Source of the DNA: Flavobacteriales bacterium
GTDB taxonomy: Bacteria; Bacteroidota; Bacteroidia; Flavobacteriales; UBA7430
Reading direction: 5' to 3'
NCBI GenBank assembly: GCA_029247585.1
Contig: JAQWKY010000112.1
Location: 6,235 to 70,234, forward strand
DNA length: 64,000 bases
Part shown: positions 29,560 to 38,461 of the stretch, in pieces
How positions within the stretch are numbered: position 1 is the stretch's first letter
Layout: every line of letters begins with the position of its first letter
The notes under the pieces: generated by a model
Databases searched by the model: none
What the model saw: the letters and a program-made list of their open reading frames with translations, nothing else
Told to the model about the DNA's origin: nothing
Translations under genes and position numbers: made by a program

Positions 29560-31212
29560 ATGAAAATCTCTTTACGGTTCTTGTCCTTTGCATTTTTTTC
29601 AGTGACCTTTTTGATGCAAGCTCAAATCATTTACAAACATAATTTTGATGTGCCCGCAGGTGCTTCTCTTGTTGATTCGGATGGAGATGCTTTTGCATGG
29701 GCTTTGCATGATTTTCAGGATGGTGAAGGTCTGGTTGCGACTTCAAACAATGCCTTCAGTCCCACACAATCCATGCGTGCGGACAATTGGCTCATATGTG
29801 GCGCTGTAGATGTGTCGTCTGCGAATCGCCCTTATCTTTATTGGAAGGCAAAAGCTTCGGGAGCAAGAAACGCTGATGAAGAACTTACCGTATATGTTTT
29901 GACGACCTTGCCCCTTTCTGAGGGCACCATATCCGTAGATGGTATAGATACTTTGGCAACACTCAAGAAAACTTTTACGGTAAAAGCTGAAGGCGGATAC
30001 ACACACTATCAAATAGATCTGTCGGATTTTAAGGGGCAGAATTCCATGTACGTAGCTTTCAGGCATGAGAGTGATTCGCCCGTATTTGGATTAAATCTTG
30101 ATGATATGGTGATATCAGATGTTGTCAATTCGGCGATGGATATTAGCATCGTCGCTCCTTCAAGGGCTTATTTGTCAAGTGGTCTTGGTGCTGAAATTAA
30201 TTTTTATAAAACACTTTCTACACCTGATGCTGAACTTCCTCTGTCGTTTAAAATTGGGAATTACGGATCAGTATTTACGGGTGGGGAATTCATCTACACA
30301 ATCAATGGAGTGCGTCACTCAAAAGTTATTTCAAATTCAATCGCCAGGAACGACCTAAAAAGATTTGAGGTGAATTTAGGTTTGGGGGAACACAGCATTA
30401 AGGCAGAGGTTCTTGACGCATCCGGACGGTCTGTATCTGAAAAGGCGGTTTACCATGTAAAAGTGTCTGAGCCCATTCCAGATATAAGGATTACCGACAC
30501 TTACGGAAATTCATATAACTTGTACGATGAGTTAAGAAAAGGTAAAACCATTCTACTGGACTTCTTTGCCTCATGGTGTGGTCCTTGTCAAATTTCGACA
30601 CCTGAAATCAATAAACTATGGGATTCCTTTGGAAGGGGGGGCTCTACTTTTCAAGTGTTTGGAGTAACAACGCATCCTCAAGATTCCTACTCGGTAATCA
30701 ACAACTTGAACTGGGGAGCAGAGTACCCTAAGTTTGCCTTTTCCAATCAAACGAAATTGTTGTACGATCATTTTGAGCGAACGGTGGGTGGAGAAGGTGC
30801 CATTCCTTTTTTTGTGATGATTTGCCCCAACAAAGAAAACCCTGCTTACTCCAAAGTATCTTGGTTTTCTAACGGTTGGTCGGGTGACCATGTGGTTATG
30901 GTGAGGCAAGCCGCTTTGTCGTGCAATGCGAGCTTGTCTGTAGATGATTGGGAGGAGTCAAAGTCCTTTTCATTGTATCCCAATCCAGCTTCACAACAAG
31001 CCTACTTGGAGGTGAATCTGCCTTCAAGAGATCAAGTTGTCATAGAAGTATTCAATAATTTGGGGCAGCCCGTTTATTCAAAAGCTTCAACAATGAGTGC
31101 TGGGAATCACAGGATTGAATTGCCTCTTCAGGAGTTGGGTTCAGGCTTGCATCATGTGAAAATTAAAATGAATCATCAGGTGTTTTCAGAAAAACTTAAT
31201 GTGGTTAAGTAA
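29560..31212 (+). CDS. T9SS cargo protein with an N-terminal choice-of-anchor-J-like domain, a thioredoxin-fold (TlpA/redoxin-like, WCGPC) domain and a C-terminal T9SS type A sorting domain
   Basis: 550 aa. Signal peptide, LLDFFASWCGPCQ active-site motif, and C-terminal FSLYPNPASQQAYLEVNL...GLHHVKIKM sorting domain. Confidence 0.8.
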   Translation: MKISLRFLSFAFFSVTFLMQAQIIYKHNFDVPAGASLVDSDGDAFAWALHDFQDGEGLVATSNNAFSPTQSMRADNWLICGAVDVSSANRPYLYWKAKASGARNADEELTVYVLTTLPLSEGTISVDGIDTLATLKKTFTVKAEGGYTHYQIDLSDFKGQNSMYVAFRHESDSPVFGLNLDDMVISDVVNSAMDISIVAPSRAYLSSGLGAEINFYKTLSTPDAELPLSFKIGNYGSVFTGGEFIYTINGVRHSKVISNSIARNDLKRFEVNLGLGEHSIKAEVLDASGRSVSEKAVYHVKVSEPIPDIRITDTYGNSYNLYDELRKGKTILLDFFASWCGPCQISTPEINKLWDSFGRGGSTFQVFGVTTHPQDSYSVINNLNWGAEYPKFAFSNQTKLLYDHFERTVGGEGAIPFFVMICPNKENPAYSKVSWFSNGWSGDHVVMVRQAALSCNASLSVDDWEESKSFSLYPNPASQQAYLEVNLPSRDQVVIEVFNNLGQPVYSKASTMSAGNHRIELPLQELGSGLHHVKIKMNHQVFSEKLNVVK

Positions 31213-31292
31213 GGCTTTTGTAGCGTGAGATCTTTGTTAACGGATTCAATTTGGTATGTTTTTTAGTTGAATGTTTTTAAAGGAATAGAAAA

Positions 31293-31958
31293 ATGAAAAA
31301 ATATTTAGTTGCCATTTTATTCTTGATAAGTTCGTCTTTATTGGCTCAGTTTCTTAAGGTGTACCAAGAAGACTATTATTATGCTGAAGCAGGGGAAGAA
31401 TGCGTTTCTAAATTGAAAGTTCAGAATCTGACCGATAAAGATTTGGAAATTTTCATCACCCGAAAGCAGACTGTGGGGACAACACGCAATTATATGTGCT
31501 GGAAAGCGTGTCATTCTGCATCTACTCGGATTACCTCATCGATGATCGTTCCGGCATATCGGACGGTAGAAAATTTTTCAGGACATATTCCATCCATGCC
31601 TGAGGATTCCAGTATTTTCATAAACTACTGTTTTAACATCGTGAATAGGCCAGACGATGGGGTTTGTGTTGATATCCATTACACATCCGATCATGAGTAT
31701 TTGGGAAAAGAAGAGGTCTACTCCAGTACATTTTCAGTGCATCCAAACCCCGCTCGCGAACACTTGACTGCAGCCTTTGAAGGGCTTGAGTCTGCGAAAT
31801 TTATAATTTACAATGTCTTGGGAAATCAGGTTTATAGCGCCGAGCTTACAAATTCACTTACATTAAATGTAAGTTCTTTTAAACCAGGGGTTTATTTTTG
31901 TGTTTTGAGCAAACCCGGAGAGAGAATGGAGCTGAAAAAGCTGCTCATTAGCCCTTGA
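31293..31958 (+). CDS. hypothetical secreted protein with a T9SS type A C-terminal sorting domain
   Basis: 221 aa. Signal peptide MKKYLVAILFLISSSLLAQ. C-terminal FSVHPNPAREHLTAAF...GVYFCVL matches the T9SS CTD pattern. The N-terminal domain is unassigned. Confidence 0.7.
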   Translation: MKKYLVAILFLISSSLLAQFLKVYQEDYYYAEAGEECVSKLKVQNLTDKDLEIFITRKQTVGTTRNYMCWKACHSASTRITSSMIVPAYRTVENFSGHIPSMPEDSSIFINYCFNIVNRPDDGVCVDIHYTSDHEYLGKEEVYSSTFSVHPNPAREHLTAAFEGLESAKFIIYNVLGNQVYSAELTNSLTLNVSSFKPGVYFCVLSKPGERMELKKLLISP

Positions 31959-31973
31959 GAGGCTAGAATGCTA

Positions 31974-32002
31974 AAAAGCTCCTATAATTTGGGGCTTTTT
32001 TT
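31974..32002 (+). terminator. candidate Rho-independent terminator after the T9SS cargo genes
   Basis: AAGCTCC-tataattt-GGGGCTT stem (one G.U pair) followed by a 7-nt T-run. Confidence 0.5.
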
Positions 32003-32067
32003 GTGCTCTACAGATTCTAATTGCCTTACAATGCGTATTTTTGTTCATTCGCAAACCCCGAATTGTT

Positions 32068-34506
32068 ATGAAGGTATCATATAACTGGATCAAAAAGTAT
32101 TTAAATGTAGACTTGAGTGCTGAAGATTGCGCCAAGGTTTTAACCGATACTGGTCTTGAAGTTGAAGGAATCCAAGAGATAGAAAGTGTAAAAGGTGGAC
32201 TGAAAGGTTTGCTTGTTGGAGAAGTGCTTACCTGTGAGCAACATCCTAATGCCGATCGATTGCGTAAGACAACGGTTGATGTTGGAGCAGAGGTTTTAGA
32301 TATTGTCTGTGGAGCTCCGAATGTGGCTGCAGGACAAAAGGTTGTGGTCGCTACAATAGGTACCGTTTTGTACGATGACAAAGGGGAAGCCTTTAAAATT
32401 AAAAAGGGGAAAATCAGAGGTGAGGCTTCTCACGGCATGATATGTGGCTCCGATGAAATTGGCTTGGGTGGCGCTCATGATGGAATCATGGTTTTAGATA
32501 CTGATGTCCAAGCAGGAACGCTCGCGAGTGCTTATTTTAAAATAGAAACAGATACTGTTTTCGAAATAGGTTTGACACCCAATCGATCTGATGCTATGGG
32601 GCATCTGGGTGTGGCTCTAGACTTAAAAGCTGGATTGGCTGCTCAAGGACAGTCCTTGAAATTGACTAAGCCTTCTGTTGATGCCTTTGCTGTGGACCAC
32701 ACGAACTTATCACTGAATATAGAAGTAGAAGATCAAGAAGCCTGTCCACGTTATGCGGGTGTTACCTTAACAGATGTTGAGGTGAAAGAGTCGCCAGAGT
32801 GGTTAATTACCAAGCTAAAAGCATTGGGCTTAACGCCTGTAAATAATGTGGTCGATGTTACGAATTATGTGTTGCACGAAACGGGAAATCCACTTCACGC
32901 TTTTGATGCCGACAAAATAAAAGGCAATAAGGTTGTTGTAAAGACCTTAGCAAAAGACACCAAGTTTACCACGCTCGATGAGCAAGAGCGCAAGCTCCAC
33001 AAAGACGACTTGATGATCTGTAATGCCGAAGAACCTATGTGCATTGCAGGGGTCTTTGGTGGTTTGCATTCCGGAGTGACTCAAGAAACCAAGTCTATTT
33101 TTTTAGAAGCCGCTTATTTCAACCCTGTTTCTGTTCGTAAAACGGCAAAGCGTCATGCTTTAAACACCGATGCCTCTTTCCGTTTCGAAAGAACGGTCAA
33201 TCCGAACACCGTCATTTGGGCTTTAAAACGTGCCGCACTTTTGATTCAAGAAGTTGCTGGTGGTTTGGTAAGCTCCGAGATTACTGATAGTTACCCTAAG
33301 CCCATTGAGCATTTTAAAGTTGACTTTTCCTATGCCAAATGTGATCATTTGATAGGTGAGGCTATTGATAGAGTCACCATTAAAAGCATATTAGCAAACC
33401 TTGAGATTGAGGTTTTAGAGGAGCAGGAAGATGGACTTAAGTTGTCTGTACCTCCTTATCGAGCGGATGTAAAACGTGAGGTTGACGTCATTGAAGAAAT
33501 TCTTCGGATTTACGGCTACAACAACATAGGAATGACCGGAAGGATCAACGCCTCACTATCTATTGTTCCCAAGCCTGATACGCATAAGATACAAGAGCAA
33601 ATTTCTGATTTATTGTCTTCCAATGGCTTTCATGAAGCCATGTGTAATTCCTTAACCAAGGGTTCCCATACCGATGGCTTGGATTCTTTCAAAAAGGAAA
33701 GTCAAGTACTCTTGATGAATCCTTTGAGTCAGGATTTAAATGCCATGCGCCAAACCCTATTGTTTGGAGGCTTAGAAAGTTTAGCCTACAACATCAACCG
33801 TAAGGTATCTGATGTGATGCTTTACGAATTTGGTAAGACCTATAACCGATACGGAGACGACTTTGTGGAAGAGCGTCGCCTAGCCCTATGGACGACCGGG
33901 AAGAAACAGGAAGAAAATTGGAACGCCAGTAAAGCCAAGGTTGACTTCTTTCAGATGAGAGGTTTTGTCGAAAAACTACTCCATAAGTTGGGCCTCAATA
34001 AGGGGGTGTCTTTGAGTAAAATTCAATCGGATGTCTTCTCTGAAGGTCTTTGTTATAAAATCCGTAAAAAGAAGGTGCTTGAGACTGGAATGGTCAGAAA
34101 GTCAATCCTCAAGAGTTTTGGAATCAAGCATGAAGTATTTTATACCGACATTAATTGGGACCTAGTTCTAGAGCTATTGAAAAACCAAAAAACCAATTAC
34201 AAGGAAGTATCTAAATTCCCGGCTGTACGTCGAGATTTGGCTTTGTTGATGGATAAACAAGTTGCTTTTGCCGAATTGGAAAGTGTAGCGCTACGAAGTG
34301 ATAAAAACCTACTTAAAGAAGTGAAGCTTTTTGACGTATATGAAGGAGATAAGCTTGCTGAAGGTAAAAAATCATACGCCTTGAGCTTTGTTTTTAGAGA
34401 CGAAACCAAGACACTCACCGACAAGGTGGTAGATAAGGCTATTTTGAAAATCTTTAAATCCCTTGAGCATCAACTTCAAGTTGAGCTTCGAGAAGGAACA
34501 TTATAG
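32068..34506 (+). CDS. pheT: phenylalanine--tRNA ligase beta subunit
   Basis: Starts MKVSYNWIKKYL, the canonical PheT N-terminus. tRNA-binding, B3/4, B5 and FDX-ACB domain order is recognisable. The track ORF start (TTG at 32041) is rejected. Confidence 0.95.
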   Translation: MKVSYNWIKKYLNVDLSAEDCAKVLTDTGLEVEGIQEIESVKGGLKGLLVGEVLTCEQHPNADRLRKTTVDVGAEVLDIVCGAPNVAAGQKVVVATIGTVLYDDKGEAFKIKKGKIRGEASHGMICGSDEIGLGGAHDGIMVLDTDVQAGTLASAYFKIETDTVFEIGLTPNRSDAMGHLGVALDLKAGLAAQGQSLKLTKPSVDAFAVDHTNLSLNIEVEDQEACPRYAGVTLTDVEVKESPEWLITKLKALGLTPVNNVVDVTNYVLHETGNPLHAFDADKIKGNKVVVKTLAKDTKFTTLDEQERKLHKDDLMICNAEEPMCIAGVFGGLHSGVTQETKSIFLEAAYFNPVSVRKTAKRHALNTDASFRFERTVNPNTVIWALKRAALLIQEVAGGLVSSEITDSYPKPIEHFKVDFSYAKCDHLIGEAIDRVTIKSILANLEIEVLEEQEDGLKLSVPPYRADVKREVDVIEEILRIYGYNNIGMTGRINASLSIVPKPDTHKIQEQISDLLSSNGFHEAMCNSLTKGSHTDGLDSFKKESQVLLMNPLSQDLNAMRQTLLFGGLESLAYNINRKVSDVMLYEFGKTYNRYGDDFVEERRLALWTTGKKQEENWNASKAKVDFFQMRGFVEKLLHKLGLNKGVSLSKIQSDVFSEGLCYKIRKKKVLETGMVRKSILKSFGIKHEVFYTDINWDLVLELLKNQKTNYKEVSKFPAVRRDLALLMDKQVAFAELESVALRSDKNLLKEVKLFDVYEGDKLAEGKKSYALSFVFRDETKTLTDKVVDKAILKIFKSLEHQLQVELREGTL

Positions 34507-34530
34507 AAATTATTCATGTAATTTTACACC

Positions 34531-35763
34531 ATGGAAGAGAAGACCGTTAATTGTTCGTTTTGTGGCCGTACCAAGCAGGAAACTGATGTTTTGATTGCCG
34601 GTACTACGGGTCACATATGTAATTTATGCATCAGTCAGGCTCACGAAATCATCAGTGAGGAGATGGAGCACAAGGTTCGAAAGGATTTGGCGAATGAACT
34701 CACTTTGCTCAAGCCTATTGAGATTAAAGAGTATTTAGATGGTTTTGTTATTGGTCAAGATCATGCTAAAAAAGTACTGTCCGTAGCCGTTTACAACCAC
34801 TACAAAAGAGTATTGCAGGAAAGTGCTAAGGAGCAGGATGTAGAGATTGAGAAGTCGAATATCATGATGGTCGGGAAGACCGGGACCGGTAAAACCCTAT
34901 TGGCTCGTTCCATTGCCAAAATGTTAAACGTCCCTTTTACGATTGTGGATGCTACCGTTTTAACGGAGGCAGGTTATGTAGGGGAAGATGTAGAAGGAAT
35001 CCTTTCCCGTTTGTTGCAGGATTGTGACTTTGATGTTGAAATGGCAGAGCGAGGTATTGTTTTCATTGACGAGATTGATAAAATTGCCCGTAAAAGTGAT
35101 AATCCATCCATCACCAGAGATGTTTCGGGCGAGGGCGTGCAACAGGCCATGTTAAAATTACTTGAAGGTACGGTTGTTAACGTACCACCTCAAGGGGGAA
35201 GAAAACACCCAGATCAAAAGTACATCAAAATCAACACCAAAAACATACTGTTTGTTTGTGGTGGAGCCTTTGACGGTATTGAACGACACATTCGAAACAG
35301 AATGAATACCAATGCACTTGGCTTTGGAAATTCTACAGATCAGCAAATTGACGATTCAAACCTCTTGCAGTACATTTCACCCCAAGACGTTAAGAGCTTT
35401 GGGATTATTCCTGAGTTGATTGGTCGGCTTCCGGTGGTTACTCACCTAGATCCTTTGGATCGTAAAGCTTTGCGTAACATTCTTACAGAACCGAAAAATT
35501 CCATCATCAAGCAATACAGGAAGTTGTTTGAAATTGATGAGATTACCCTTAAGATTGATCCAGAAGTTTTTGAATTTATTGTGGATCGGGCAGAAGATTT
35601 TCAATTGGGGGCACGAGGTTTGCGTTCCATTTGTGAAGCACTCATGGTGGATGCCATGTTTGAATTGCCTTCTACCCAAGAAAAAGAATTTCATCTGACG
35701 CTCGCTTATGCCAAGAAGATGTTGTCTCACAAGAAATTGCGCAAACTCCGGGCAGTAAGTTAA
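34531..35763 (+). CDS. clpX: ATP-dependent Clp protease ATP-binding subunit ClpX
   Basis: 410 aa. N-terminal zinc finger CSFCGR...CNLC, Walker A GKTGTGKT, Walker B VFIDEIDK. Confidence 0.95.
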   Translation: MEEKTVNCSFCGRTKQETDVLIAGTTGHICNLCISQAHEIISEEMEHKVRKDLANELTLLKPIEIKEYLDGFVIGQDHAKKVLSVAVYNHYKRVLQESAKEQDVEIEKSNIMMVGKTGTGKTLLARSIAKMLNVPFTIVDATVLTEAGYVGEDVEGILSRLLQDCDFDVEMAERGIVFIDEIDKIARKSDNPSITRDVSGEGVQQAMLKLLEGTVVNVPPQGGRKHPDQKYIKINTKNILFVCGGAFDGIERHIRNRMNTNALGFGNSTDQQIDDSNLLQYISPQDVKSFGIIPELIGRLPVVTHLDPLDRKALRNILTEPKNSIIKQYRKLFEIDEITLKIDPEVFEFIVDRAEDFQLGARGLRSICEALMVDAMFELPSTQEKEFHLTLAYAKKMLSHKKLRKLRAVS

Positions 35764-35767
35764 TTTT

Positions 35768-36256
35768 ATGGAATACAAAGTGCTGCTCAGCCTCGGGTCA
35801 AACCTCGGAATTCGCGAGGAGAATATCGAAAAAGCCATCGTCTTAATTCATGGCAAAGCAGGTCAAGTTTTGGCAGTTTCTTCACTTTACGAAACTCCAT
35901 CTTGGGGTTATAAGGATGCTCCCTATTTGAATAATGCGATATGTCTATTAACCCAGAAAGCCCCTTTGGAACTCATGGAAATTCTTTTAGCTATCGAGTC
36001 TGAGCTCGGTCGTGAGCGTAGGCATTCTAGTGATTATGAGGCTAGAACGATTGATTTGGATATTGCACTCATAGAAGGGTGTGTTATAGATCATCCTAAA
36101 TTGCAAGTACCACATCCGAGAATGCATCTTAGAAAATTTGTGCTTCAGCCTGCTGCCGATATTGTGCCCACTTGGTTTCATGAAAAACAACAGCTCTCGA
36201 TTTCTGATTTACTGCTGAAATGTGATGACTCTTCTGAGATCAGTCTCTTTGAGTAA
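35768..36256 (+). CDS. folK: 2-amino-4-hydroxy-6-hydroxymethyldihydropteridine diphosphokinase
   Basis: 162 aa. SLGSNLG, YETPSWGY, RTIDLDI and LQVPHPRMHLRKFVL motifs. Confidence 0.9.
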   Translation: MEYKVLLSLGSNLGIREENIEKAIVLIHGKAGQVLAVSSLYETPSWGYKDAPYLNNAICLLTQKAPLELMEILLAIESELGRERRHSSDYEARTIDLDIALIEGCVIDHPKLQVPHPRMHLRKFVLQPAADIVPTWFHEKQQLSISDLLLKCDDSSEISLFE

Positions 36257-36459
36257 GCCCATTATACCGACCTTAAAGACATTTTTTTTTCTGCATAAAG
36301 GGATTTACAAAGATTCTTGTATATTTAATCAGACTTATGCAAAGGATTTTGTGGAATTTATACTTAATTGAATTCAATTTTTTACATTTGCTTTACTCAA
36401 TCTTAGGATGAGTTGTTTGACTATTTAACTATTAGAGAACGCATATTAAAATCAGAAAA

Positions 36460-37743
36460 ATGATTAACTTAAAGAAAATTGCCTTAGCATCTTTGTTTGT
36501 AGCAACGAGTGCTTTTGCTCAAGACGGTAAATTAAAAGGTTTACTAATCGACGATGCCTCTGTAGGTGTTGAAGCCGGTGCTAGCAGATATATGAGTGAT
36601 TCTGACTTAGAATTCGGCTATGGTTTGAGTTACACCAAACAAATCAATGCTCTTTTCGCAGTGAAAGGAGGTTACCTTGTTGGGACTTTAACGGATGCAG
36701 CGAAATCTGAAGAATTTAGCGCTTTGACGGTTGAAGGTCTTGTAAATCTTTCGAATCTATCTGTTGGAACTTCGAACAACTTAAAAATATACCTTTCTTC
36801 AGGCTTAGCTATAGTTACTGTTGAGGATGAAGATGATTCTTCAGTTGTGCCTAATGTAGGTGCTGGAGCAAAATACGCAATCAATGAGTCGTTTGACTTA
36901 GACTTATCCACAAGCCTAGGCTTAGGGACATTGTCGGGTGCAGCCTTAGAGTCTCACATGACCCTTGGATTGGGTGTTAACTACCGGTTCACGAAAAAAG
37001 AAGAGTCTGTGGAATGGAACAATCCGTTAGACGCTATGTATGGCGATATTGCTACCGTTAAAACAGAAATCGAAGGTCTTTCTACGGATTCTGATGGTGA
37101 TGGTGTTTCTGATCGATTTGATAGCGACAACAACACGCCAGAAGGTGTAGCCGTAGATGGTAGAGGTAATGCATTGGATGTTGATATGGATGGTGTAGCT
37201 GATTACGCTGACGAAGATCCATTTACTGCACGTGGAGTTCAAGTAGATGCTAAAGGTCGTGAATTAGACAGCGATAAAGATGGTGTTGCGAACTCTCTCG
37301 ATATCGAGCCAAATTCTCCATCAGGAGCTACCGTTAACTTCCAAGGAAAAGAGATTAGAGGTGCCAAAGGTGCTTTTATGCCAGCGATTTACTTTGACTA
37401 CAACTCAGCAAAAGTTTCGTATGCAAACTACGAAAGATTGGCAGCTGTAGCGGCTTTGTTGCAAGCGAATCCAAACTACAAACTTACGGTTGTAGGTTAT
37501 GCAGATTCTGTAGGTAACTCTGCAAACAACCATAAAATTGCCTTGCGAAGAGCAAATTCTGTAATTGATGCGCTTTCAAGCATGTTCGGAATTGATGCTT
37601 CTCGATTAACAGCGGACTCTAAGGGTGAAGATGCGCCGTTGGCTGACGAATCTGTTAAGGTAACTGAAACGACAGCAGATGGTCAGGTAATTTCAAACAG
37701 CCTATCTAGAATGAACCGTCGCGTTGAATTCGTGATCGACTAA
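36460..37743 (+). CDS. OmpA-family outer membrane protein with thrombospondin type-3 (calcium-binding) repeats
   Basis: 427 aa with a signal peptide. Repeated DSDGDGVSDRFD / DVDMDGVADYAD / DSDKDGVANSLD units. C-terminal OmpA-like peptidoglycan-binding domain (FDYNSAKV...GYADSVG...NRRVEF). Confidence 0.85.
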   Translation: MINLKKIALASLFVATSAFAQDGKLKGLLIDDASVGVEAGASRYMSDSDLEFGYGLSYTKQINALFAVKGGYLVGTLTDAAKSEEFSALTVEGLVNLSNLSVGTSNNLKIYLSSGLAIVTVEDEDDSSVVPNVGAGAKYAINESFDLDLSTSLGLGTLSGAALESHMTLGLGVNYRFTKKEESVEWNNPLDAMYGDIATVKTEIEGLSTDSDGDGVSDRFDSDNNTPEGVAVDGRGNALDVDMDGVADYADEDPFTARGVQVDAKGRELDSDKDGVANSLDIEPNSPSGATVNFQGKEIRGAKGAFMPAIYFDYNSAKVSYANYERLAAVAALLQANPNYKLTVVGYADSVGNSANNHKIALRRANSVIDALSSMFGIDASRLTADSKGEDAPLADESVKVTETTADGQVISNSLSRMNRRVEFVID

Positions 37744-37769
37744 GTTCTTGTAATACATAAACTTTAAAA

Positions 37770-37800
37770 ATCCTCTTCGGAAACGGAGGGGATTTTTTTT
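37770..37800 (+). terminator. Rho-independent terminator of the ompA-family gene
   Basis: ATCCTCTTCG-GAAA-CGGAGGGGAT is a 10-bp stem (two G.U pairs) with a GNRA tetraloop, followed by an 8-nt T-run. Confidence 0.7.
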
Positions 37801-37804
37801 AGTG

Positions 37805-37868
37805 CCAATTACCAATTACCTAGTACAATTACCAATTATCAATTACCAATTATCAATTACCTAGTACC
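37805..37868. repeat. tandem heptanucleotide array, about 9 units of (C/T)CAATTA with two CCTAGTA variants
   Basis: Read directly: ccaatta ccaatta cctagta caatta ccaatta tcaatta ccaatta tcaatta cctagta cc. The last units overlap the stop codon and final codons of the minus-strand gene at 37857. Confidence 0.85.
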
Positions 37869-38396
37869 TTTGAACATCTGCCAGAGGACAATTCCTGCAC
37901 TCACGGAAATGTTTAGAGAGTGTTTGGTGCCGAGTTGAGGGATTTCAAGACAATGATCACATTGATCGATAACTGATTGCTGCACGCCCTTCACTTCATT
38001 GCCAAAAACAACCGCAATTTTATCGTGTTTGGAGCGATCGAAATCATTGAGCATCAAACTTTCTTCAGCTTGCTCAACAGCCAGGCAATGATACCCTTCG
38101 CTTTGGAGTTGTTTAACACAGGATAAGGTGTCTTCTTGATGTTCCCATTCCACCGATTCGGTAGCACCTAAAGCCGTCTTATGAATGTCTCGGTGTGGCG
38201 GTTGTGCGGTAATTCCGCAGAGGTAAATTTTTTCCAATAGGAAGGCATCTGCCGTTCGAAAAACAGAGCCAATGTTGTTGAGACTTCTGATGTTGTCGAG
38301 AACCACAACCACCGGTAGTTTTGTCGCCTCTTTAAAGGCGGCTACACTGAGTCTGTTGAGTTCACTATTTTTCAGTTTTCGCATCTGCTTATCCAT
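37857..38396 (-). CDS. TrmH/SpoU-family RNA 2'-O-methyltransferase
   Basis: 179 aa. SpoU motifs NIGSVFRTADAF, VFGNEVKGV and IPQLGTKHSLNISVSAGIVL. Confidence 0.8.
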   Translation of the reverse strand: MDKQMRKLKNSELNRLSVAAFKEATKLPVVVVLDNIRSLNNIGSVFRTADAFLLEKIYLCGITAQPPHRDIHKTALGATESVEWEHQEDTLSCVKQLQSEGYHCLAVEQAEESLMLNDFDRSKHDKIAVVFGNEVKGVQQSVIDQCDHCLEIPQLGTKHSLNISVSAGIVLWQMFKGTR

Positions 38397-38461
38397 CAGA
38401 ATTAATATCTTAGTCCTTCCTTGAAAACGACTGCAAAATAATCAATATAATAGCAACTCAA

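Noticed and set aside
31971-32381. 136-aa minus-strand ORF opposite the pheT start
   Set aside because: It is antisense to the canonical PheT N-terminal tRNA-binding domain and runs through the upstream terminator hairpin. The S/T/P-rich translation is typical of a shadow frame.
35446-35838. 130-aa minus-strand ORF opposite the clpX end and folK start
   Set aside because: It overlaps two well-supported plus-strand genes and has no family signal.
37805-37868. I considered whether the short repeat array could be a CRISPR or an iteron-type origin
   Set aside because: The units are 7 nt and contiguous with no spacers, and there are no cas genes. This is a simple tandem heptamer array (reported separately).
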